Shown in pieces: positions 35,986 through 41,856 of a DNA stretch of 43,029 nucleotides. The position numbers and the translations under genes were made by a program. Location of the stretch: positions 1 to 43,029 of the IMG/VR virus record IMGVR_UViG_3300028422_001978, one strand, 5' to 3'. The stretch is from a virus (lineage: Duplodnaviria; Caudoviricetes). Numbering within the stretch: the stretch's first letter is position 1; each line of letters begins with the position of its first letter. The notes under the pieces were generated by a model. That model saw nothing but the letters and a program-made list of their open reading frames with translations. It was not told where the DNA came from and did not search any database.

Positions 35986-37246
35986 ATTGATATCCTCCAA
36001 ACATAAGATTCTGTTCGAGCGCCTGTATGCGCTCCGGTGTGTCGGTGATCGTAATAACCACCGTCTTTTTACCGTCGTTTCTCGCAGGGGCGTTGACTGA
36101 ATTTCCCGTTCCAAATCCGGCGAAAAGCTGTGCATCTCCAGCCAGTGGAGCAACAGGTTTGAATGTAACCGTATCGGCAGGTATGGTATTTATCATCTCT
36201 TCCGGTACCGTGAAACCCGTCTGTGCGCTCTCTGTTTTCATAGGAACCTGCTCAACTTTTGCAGCCGCTGCTTTCTCGGCACGGATGCGCTCAGCCTCTG
36301 CTTGCCGCTCCTTTTCTGCTTCTATTTCCTTGTGCCGATTAATTACCGTGGTGATGGCGCTCGCTACATTGAGAGATTTGCAATACTCGACAAAGATTTC
36401 GTTGCGGTATTCCTGTGTGTCGATCAGCGCCTTGTCATCCACAGCCTTGTCCACCTTTGCGGCAATCGTTTTTCTAAGCGCCGTCTCAGTATCGGAGAGT
36501 CCAATTTTTAATCCGAGCCGATCAAATGTAAGAAACTCGACGTTTTTGCCGTTCGTGTATTTGGCGAAGTGTTCACGAGCGATGTCTTCTTTTTTCTTTT
36601 TTTGAGCGTTTTCAACCACCGCTATTCTTTCGCCAAGCGTCTTGTTCGCAAGATCAAAAATATCCTTCACTGTTTTGCAAGTCTGGTTGTATGCCTCTAT
36701 TGGTTTCATGACTATGCATCTTGCTTTTGAACAAACCTCAATATAATCGTCCTTGCTATGATTAAGAAGTGCGCGAATCTTTTTGATCTTTCCGACAGTT
36801 TCATCGTTGACTTCCAGCGCCAGCGCCTCGTCAACCTTGGCTTGAATCTTCGGCTTTATCTGTTCGATGCGATTGCTTATGGCTGGCAATTGCTCAACAG
36901 TTACAAGCTCAATGTTATCCTCAAACAGTATCAACGCTTGCTCTGGATTTTTTTCATTGTCCCCCACAGTCACCGGAGCTGAAGAATCATCGCAATCTTG
37001 TTGAAAATATGTTGATCCGTTTTCCTTTTCCACTAATGTGGTAATGACTTTGAGCTTTGGCAGAATGGCTTTATCAATCGAGTTTTCCGGTATGTCGAGT
37101 TCGGCCACCATAGCTTCCCGTTCTCCTCGTGAGGTTGGCGCCATCACAATATCGCCCACTTCGACAGGCAAATCACAAAAATACGTATACGTTTTTCCGG
37201 CATATTTTTGTGAATCGTTTTTGTACTTTACGCTAACTAATCTCAT
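35957..37246 (-). CDS. DUF1351-like coiled-coil protein with an extra N-terminal domain
   Basis: QLPAI...KKIRALLN...KPIE.Y pattern; upstream of Sak4. Confidence 0.7.
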   Translation of the reverse strand: MRLVSVKYKNDSQKYAGKTYTYFCDLPVEVGDIVMAPTSRGEREAMVAELDIPENSIDKAILPKLKVITTLVEKENGSTYFQQDCDDSSAPVTVGDNEKNPEQALILFEDNIELVTVEQLPAISNRIEQIKPKIQAKVDEALALEVNDETVGKIKKIRALLNHSKDDYIEVCSKARCIVMKPIEAYNQTCKTVKDIFDLANKTLGERIAVVENAQKKKKEDIAREHFAKYTNGKNVEFLTFDRLGLKIGLSDTETALRKTIAAKVDKAVDDKALIDTQEYRNEIFVEYCKSLNVASAITTVINRHKEIEAEKERQAEAERIRAEKAAAAKVEQVPMKTESAQTGFTVPEEMINTIPADTVTFKPVAPLAGDAQLFAGFGTGNSVNAPARNDGKKTVVITITDTPERIQALEQNLMFGGYQYGIAYSDNR

Positions 37247-37613
37247 TCGCTTTCCTTTCTTTAATTTGCTGGCGTACTATATCTGTAAGCCATTCCTGTA
37301 TTGTTTTCTCTCCAATGATTTCAAGCAGCGCCGCCATCTCTTCATCTTCCAATCGGCCTGTGATGCGAGCCGTGAGGCGGTGCCGACCATCACGTTGCTT
37401 CTTGGCTTTCGGCAGCAGCTCCGGAGCGTATTCACGATACAGAGCATTCAAAGCCGCTCGTTTGATGTTCACGCCATAATCATTGTCGCGGCAGCATTTG
37501 GTCACCACCGTCTTGTCAAACTTGGGATGAAAGCGCTTAACGACTTCAACCACCTGATGCTGCGATAGTTTTTTTGCATGCATGAGTTCTCGCAATTCAT
37601 CTGCTATAGCCAC
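37233..37613 (-). CDS. Hypothetical DNA-binding protein
   Basis: GGAGGAGGT RBS before GTG; RHH-like C-terminus. Confidence 0.65.
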   Translation of the reverse strand: MAIADELRELMHAKKLSQHQVVEVVKRFHPKFDKTVVTKCCRDNDYGVNIKRAALNALYREYAPELLPKAKKQRDGRHRLTARITGRLEDEEMAALLEIIGEKTIQEWLTDIVRQQIKERKANEIS

Positions 37614-37633
37614 AAGCGCACCTCCTCCCGGCC

Positions 37634-37720
37634 TTGACATCCTTTTTGTGCGTTGGTACACAGACTGTAGACGTTTTATGTCGAGGTTGATCCCATTGCG
37701 TTGGGACATCCTCTTTTTTT
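37634..37720 (+). ncRNA. Candidate antisense sRNA unit (promoter plus terminator)
   Basis: TTGACA-17-TACACA with TG extension; GAGG.TG.TCCCA/TGGGA.CA.CCTC hairpin followed by T7. Confidence 0.45.
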
Positions 37721-37770
37721 GTGCTAGGGCCTCTCATAAGACCTCCTTTCTCCGCTGTTCAATGCTCAAT

Positions 37771-38004
37771 CTATTCGATAACTTCATGGCAACGGAATCC
37801 ATGCCATGTGTGCTCCGGATCCATTTCACGCCACCGTTTCTCGTCGTAGAAAAACGAGCAGTTTATAACGTTTGGGTTTCGATCCGGGAATCTGGCTCTA
37901 AATTTCTCGTGTGCTTCACTCCAATCGGCCGCGTGAACCTCAACCCAGCCGTTCTGATATGGGAACCTCTCATCGCTGCCGAATGTATAGAAAAACTTTG
38001 GCAT
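37771..38004 (-). CDS. Hypothetical protein
   Basis: AAAGGAGG RBS; MPKFFYTFGSDERFPY. Confidence 0.8.
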   Translation of the reverse strand: MPKFFYTFGSDERFPYQNGWVEVHAADWSEAHEKFRARFPDRNPNVINCSFFYDEKRWREMDPEHTWHGFRCHEVIE

Positions 38005-38106
38005 CGCATCCTCCTTTCTTCTTTGTGTCCAGCACGGGCGCAGCTGTCTTTTCTCATGCTTGCCTTTGCGCCCATACCGGTCTGTCCCAATACCCGCCAT
38101 TGGCGG

Positions 38107-38201
38107 TGGTGGCGAACGCGAGAGTTTCCCCTCACGTAAGCGCTGGCTTGTCCATCCTTTTCTCGCTGGAGGTTGGCGGGCTATTACCTTTGCGCTTCGC
38201 C
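38107..38201 (-). ncRNA. tRNA-like element 3 (95 nt)
   Basis: GGCGAA/TTCGCC stem plus A-CCA; adjacent 8-bp GAAA hairpin; multibranch interior. Confidence 0.5.
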
Positions 38202-38280
38202 ATGACTTGGGCGGTTTACACGGCCCTTTGACCGCCCGTGTTTATCCTGCGCGATTGATGACCGAGCACAGGGCTAACGC

Positions 38281-38364
38281 TGGTGGGGAGGTGAGCCTTC
38301 CACTCACGCGGCGTTGGTGTGTCGCAACCGGCTGTCAGGCCGAACGCTGGTTTATCCACTCCCC
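38281..38364 (-). ncRNA. tRNA-like element 2 (84 nt)
   Basis: GGGGAG/CTCCCC stem plus A-CCA; 5-bp/7-nt T-arm-like hairpin GTGAG-TGGAAGG-CTCAC. Confidence 0.55.
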
Positions 38365-38478
38365 ATGTTGAGCCGATTCTCACGGCTCTGCGGCTTTACG
38401 TACTTACTCCGCTAAACGCCCGTCTTTCCGAGTGTCGGCCATCTTTCAGGCTCCGCTTAGAAATGCATCCCTATCGGG

Positions 38479-38571
38479 TGGTGGAGAGAGAAGGACTCGA
38501 ACCTTCACGCGTTTGTTCAATTCGCACACGATGTACCGTCGTGCTGCATCTACCTGTTTCGCCATCTCTCC
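38479..38571 (-). tRNA. Atypical class II tRNA, anticodon GTA (Tyr-like)
   Basis: GGAGAGA/TCTCTCC acceptor, A73, encoded CCA, D-loop GG, GAAGG-TTCGAGT-CCTTC T-arm, long variable arm; anticodon loop CG-GTA-CA. Confidence 0.75.
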
Positions 38572-38603
38572 ACGTCGGCGACCCACTGGCCGCCGTTTCA
38601 AAA

Positions 38604-38795
38604 TCACGCCATTATGTCTGCGATGCTGTGTCTCTTCCTTGGATCAGTGGCATGGCGCATAGCAGTGTATGCCTTTTGCCCGTATTTCTTTTGTTGCATT
38701 CCTGTCCATATGTCGCGCATCCCTTTGTTGCCATACTTTGCGCGAAGCTGATTTCTTCTCGTTGATCTGGTGATGATATGTATAGGTGTTTTCAT
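38604..38795 (-). CDS. Small basic hypothetical protein
   Basis: GGAGGT RBS. Confidence 0.65.
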   Translation of the reverse strand: MKTPIHIITRSTRRNQLRAKYGNKGMRDIWTGMQQKKYGQKAYTAMRHATDPRKRHSIADIMA

Positions 38796-38852
38796 TTGCG
38801 ACCTCCGATAAATTTGTGAAGCTTTTGAGGTTGGTTACTCTTTCGCCCCATG

Positions 38853-38985
38853 ACCGGCTTGTGTAGCGTCAAGCCGGTGATATAATGTGATAAGACTGTA
38901 AAGATCCTTTCTCCCTTTCGGGTGTTATTTGAAATATAATTTGCGGAGCGCGGTGCGTGGCTGCCCACCGGGCACGCTTTTATAT
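38853..38985 (+). ncRNA. Candidate antisense sRNA unit (promoter, inverted repeat, terminal hairpin)
   Basis: TG-a-TATAAT at 38878-38886, TTGTGT 16 bp upstream, ACCGGCTTG/CAAGCCGGT inverted repeat; 3' GC-rich hairpin followed by TTTTAT. Confidence 0.45.
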
Positions 38986-39185
38986 GCGCGTGCCGAATAC
39001 GTCCGTTCCGCTTGCTTGTCCTTTTTCTCGAATCTGGCAAGAATCACACAGGCCAGAACGAATATGCTTATCAACAATACCACTCCCCAAAATGTTTCTT
39101 TTGAAATCAGATAAAGCAGTATTATTGATACAGCGCCAGCCACAATGACGATAAGCCACAACATGCGTTTCATAGCCTTTTTCAT
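38925..39185 (-). CDS. Small two-TM membrane protein
   Basis: Two hydrophobic helices; GAGGT RBS. Confidence 0.7.
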   Translation of the reverse strand: MKKAMKRMLWLIVIVAGAVSIILLYLISKETFWGVVLLISIFVLACVILARFEKKDKQAERTYSARAYKSVPGGQPRTALRKLYFK

Positions 39186-39227
39186 CTCGATACCTCTCTT
39201 AATTTCTTAAACTGTGCTTCTTGCCGC

Positions 39228-39422
39228 TCATCTCGCGTATTTGTACTGTCTGCGGTGTTCCTGTTCTCTCCACTTTTCAAAAGCGGGGATATCGATGTAC
39301 CATCTACCGCCAAGTTTGTATGCCGGAAAACCATGCGTGTGAATCAGCTGATCCACGCTTCGACGCGGCATGTTGTAAGACTCAATAAATTGGGGTAATG
39401 ACATTTGCTTCACATTAGCCAT
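39228..39422 (-). CDS. Excisionase-like HTH protein
   Basis: GFPAYKLGGRWYI...FEKW. Confidence 0.8.
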   Translation of the reverse strand: MANVKQMSLPQFIESYNMPRRSVDQLIHTHGFPAYKLGGRWYIDIPAFEKWREQEHRRQYKYAR

Positions 39423-39433
39423 GGTTGCTCCTA

Positions 39434-39874
39434 TCATTGGTTATTGCTTTGTTTTCGCAAACTTAAGCGCCATACGATTTCGTCCAGTGTGCAGCATATC
39501 TCGTCATACCGTGCCCGCTCGTGGCCATCGATAATGCCATCACAACCGATATCTATTAAATCATCGCGGCACTTGATAAATTCCGTGACATCACGTTGTA
39601 ATTGCAATATGGCTTCGGGAAGATTTTTCTTGTCGAGTGACGGAAATATCATTCGCGCAGCCTCAGATTTGTACATCAGGTGGTCATAAGCGAGATCAGG
39701 GCTTTCGTAAATGTGCGACATCCTGCATGCGACTTCATCAGGTGGTATTGTCTGGCCTGTTTCATAAGCTCGAACGCTCTCTACGGATGTAGGTATCAGT
39801 TCAGCTACTTGTTCTTGCGTGAAATTAGTCTTAAGTCTGGCAATTTTATAGATGTTTTGGCAATGCTTCTGCAT
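39434..39874 (-). CDS. XRE-family HTH regulator (CII-like position)
   Basis: AR....FTQEQVAE...SVRAYETG...P; C-terminal DGIID..E. Confidence 0.85.
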   Translation of the reverse strand: MQKHCQNIYKIARLKTNFTQEQVAELIPTSVESVRAYETGQTIPPDEVACRMSHIYESPDLAYDHLMYKSEAARMIFPSLDKKNLPEAILQLQRDVTEFIKCRDDLIDIGCDGIIDGHERARYDEICCTLDEIVWRLSLRKQSNNQ

Positions 39875-39928
39875 GGTTTTATCCCCCGTATATTGATAAA
39901 ATTTTGGTATAAAGATGAGGAGGTGGTT

Positions 39929-40153
39929 TCAGTGTTTCAGCGAAAAGAACTTGATAAGTGCTTGTTCCTCGGTCAGCCCAAGAACTTCACCGATGCGGAT
40001 TGCAAGCTGCGTACTAGGCGATCGATCGCCATTCTCGATATAACGGATATAGATATCTGTCACATCCACGGCAATTGCCAGCTCCGTAACGCTCATATTT
40101 TTTTCCTCCCGTAGTTCTTTCAACCATGGCCTTGGTGTGGGTATGCGTCTCAA
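39929..40153 (-). CDS. Cro-like XRE repressor
   Basis: LKELREEKNMS..ELA...IENGDRSPS; TAAGGAGG RBS, TTG start; divergent from cI. Confidence 0.88.
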   Translation of the reverse strand: MRRIPTPRPWLKELREEKNMSVTELAIAVDVTDIYIRYIENGDRSPSTQLAIRIGEVLGLTEEQALIKFFSLKH

Positions 40154-40286
40154 CTATAATTCCCTCCTTACTTTTATTGCCTTTGCGGCTTTGGTGTGCT
40201 AAAGTATAAACAAACTGTTTTGTTTTGCTGATTTCAGGCACCCTCGTTGTGCGGCGCCTGTGTAACTTAATGTTTGTTATGGGTGT

Positions 40287-40315
40287 AGTGTAACTCGTAA
40301 TTACGTGCCTGTCAA
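40287..40315 (-). promoter_or_regulatory. Early lytic promoter with operator-like palindrome
   Basis: TTGACA-17-TACACT; perfect palindrome CGTAATTACG (40296-40305) in the spacer. Confidence 0.75.
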
Positions 40316-40345
40316 CACTTATTTAAGAGTTTTTTTGAGGTTACT

Positions 40346-40681
40346 ATGAGAATAATTGATCGCGTAGATGAGGTTATAAAAGAAAAAGGCTTAACTGCAA
40401 AGGAGCTTGCCCAAAACATAGGCGTATCAACCGGCAATGTAACCGACTGGCGAAAAGGAAGGTCGAAACCGTCCGCAGAAGTTGTGGCAAAGATTGCACG
40501 ATATTTAGGCGTGTCTACAGATTATTTGCATGGACTCTCGGATGAGCGCAATTCTACAGCCTCCCCTTCTGTAGTTGCTTTTCATAAAAATACCCCGGGC
40601 GATTTTACTGAAGATGAAAAAGAGGAGATAAGCAATTTCATTGAATTTTTGATAAGCAAGCGCGATAAAAAAGATAATTAG
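40346..40681 (+). CDS. CI/ImmR-like repressor (HTH only, no S24 peptidase domain)
   Basis: XRE HTH, IARYLGVSTDYL. Confidence 0.9.
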   Translation: MRIIDRVDEVIKEKGLTAKELAQNIGVSTGNVTDWRKGRSKPSAEVVAKIARYLGVSTDYLHGLSDERNSTASPSVVAFHKNTPGDFTEDEKEEISNFIEFLISKRDKKDN

Positions 40682-40717
40682 CGCTTTTATACAGAGTGTT
40701 GCACAACATCTAGCGGG

Positions 40718-40763
40718 TTTACATTGGCGTGTTTTACCAGTATGATTATAGAACACACATTCG
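40718..40763 (+). promoter_or_regulatory. Promoter with LexA-box-like site upstream of immA
   Basis: TTTACA-17-TATGAT followed by aGAAC-ACAC-ATTCg (one mismatch to GAAC-N4-GTTC). Confidence 0.55.
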
Positions 40764-40783
40764 CATCAAGAAGGTACACGCCA

Positions 40784-41227
40784 ATGACTGCAAACGAAAC
40801 CCTTGAGCAAATCATTGTTGACGAAGGCATATGCGTCACCGAAAAGAATAACATCCCAAAATGCCTTGACGGACTCTATTGTGAATACGGAAATGAGAAG
40901 ATTATTTGCTTGCGCTCTGGTATGCCGTCAAACAAACGTCTTTGCGTTCTGGCGGAGGAATACGCGCACATGGTCACGTCTTGGGGTGATGCCCAAGAGA
41001 TGGACACCTCAAGCATGGGTAAGCAGGAAGCCCGCGCCATTGCGTACGCGATAGAGCTTGTTGTTCCAATCGAAAGGCTTTATGAAGCGCGTGAAGCCGG
41101 GGTATGTAACGCTTATGAATGCGCTGAATGTTTGGGAGTGACGGGAGAGTTTTTGACTTGGGTTTTTGCTTATTACGAAGCTAAGATACCAGGCTTTAGA
41201 GAGTTTTTTATTAAAAGTGAAAGATAG
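40784..41227 (+). CDS. ImmA/IrrE-family metallopeptidase (anti-repressor)
   Basis: GLY, CVLAEEYAH, KQEARA and AECLGVT motifs; adjacent to cI. Confidence 0.88.
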   Translation: MTANETLEQIIVDEGICVTEKNNIPKCLDGLYCEYGNEKIICLRSGMPSNKRLCVLAEEYAHMVTSWGDAQEMDTSSMGKQEARAIAYAIELVVPIERLYEAREAGVCNAYECAECLGVTGEFLTWVFAYYEAKIPGFREFFIKSER

Positions 41228-41236
41228 GTATTTGAA

Positions 41237-41833
41237 ATGAAAAAAGTTGTTTTAATGGTATTGGGTTTTGTTTTGTTATTGTCTCTCTTGGGGTGCTCTA
41301 CACCCGCCAGCAATAGCGAGCCTATATCTGCTCCATTGCTAGATCAGCCTTCTCACACGCCTGAAGCTACAGCCGTTTTTGATTTAGCTGAATATAAAAC
41401 TCTTGCGCTGGCGCTCAAGGATGCCATAATGGACGAATCTATATTGCTCTCGAACATGGGGAATTATGAGTATAACTATTGGGCGGCAGAGGAATCACTT
41501 GGCGATATAGGCGGAGCAATAGATTATGACGAAATGTCTTCTGCTGCAAATGACTGGCTTTGTGAAAATGCCGAAATTGCCGTCGGTGAACTCGAAAATA
41601 ACTACAAAAATATATGCGACCAGTATAAAGAAATAATACATTTTGCTGTTTCAGGAGCAGAAGCTGAAGAAATCCAAGATAAAACAAGTGAAATGTTTGG
41701 ATCTTTTGATGCTCTTTATTTATTGGTTACTGCTCCATCTGGTGATATATCTGATTTTGCAGACAAGTTTAACGAGTATTCAGATGATATTAAAAATAAT
41801 GATAGCGTCTTATCGACGCTACTTTCTGACTGA
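41237..41833 (+). CDS. Acidic lipoprotein, possible superinfection exclusion
   Basis: Signal peptide with lipobox LLGC; lies between immA and int. Confidence 0.75.
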   Translation: MKKVVLMVLGFVLLLSLLGCSTPASNSEPISAPLLDQPSHTPEATAVFDLAEYKTLALALKDAIMDESILLSNMGNYEYNYWAAEESLGDIGGAIDYDEMSSAANDWLCENAEIAVGELENNYKNICDQYKEIIHFAVSGAEAEEIQDKTSEMFGSFDALYLLVTAPSGDISDFADKFNEYSDDIKNNDSVLSTLLSD

Positions 41834-41856
41834 TATCACTAAAATAGGAGTATGTG

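Noticed and set aside
38200-38478. Theta/HDV-like or hammerhead ribozyme after the tRNA 3' ends
   Set aside because: Could not build the nested double pseudoknot (P1-P2-P3-P1.1-J4/2) or find the CUGANGA/GAAA core; a descriptor search would settle it
37863-38765. ORF-track frames over the ncRNA block
   Set aside because: No convincing RBS, protein-unlike composition, and overlap with a tRNA and strong RNA stems
38925-39185. Two-TM protein as a holin
   Set aside because: Lies in the early region with no adjacent endolysin; the lysis cassette is expected beyond the left edge
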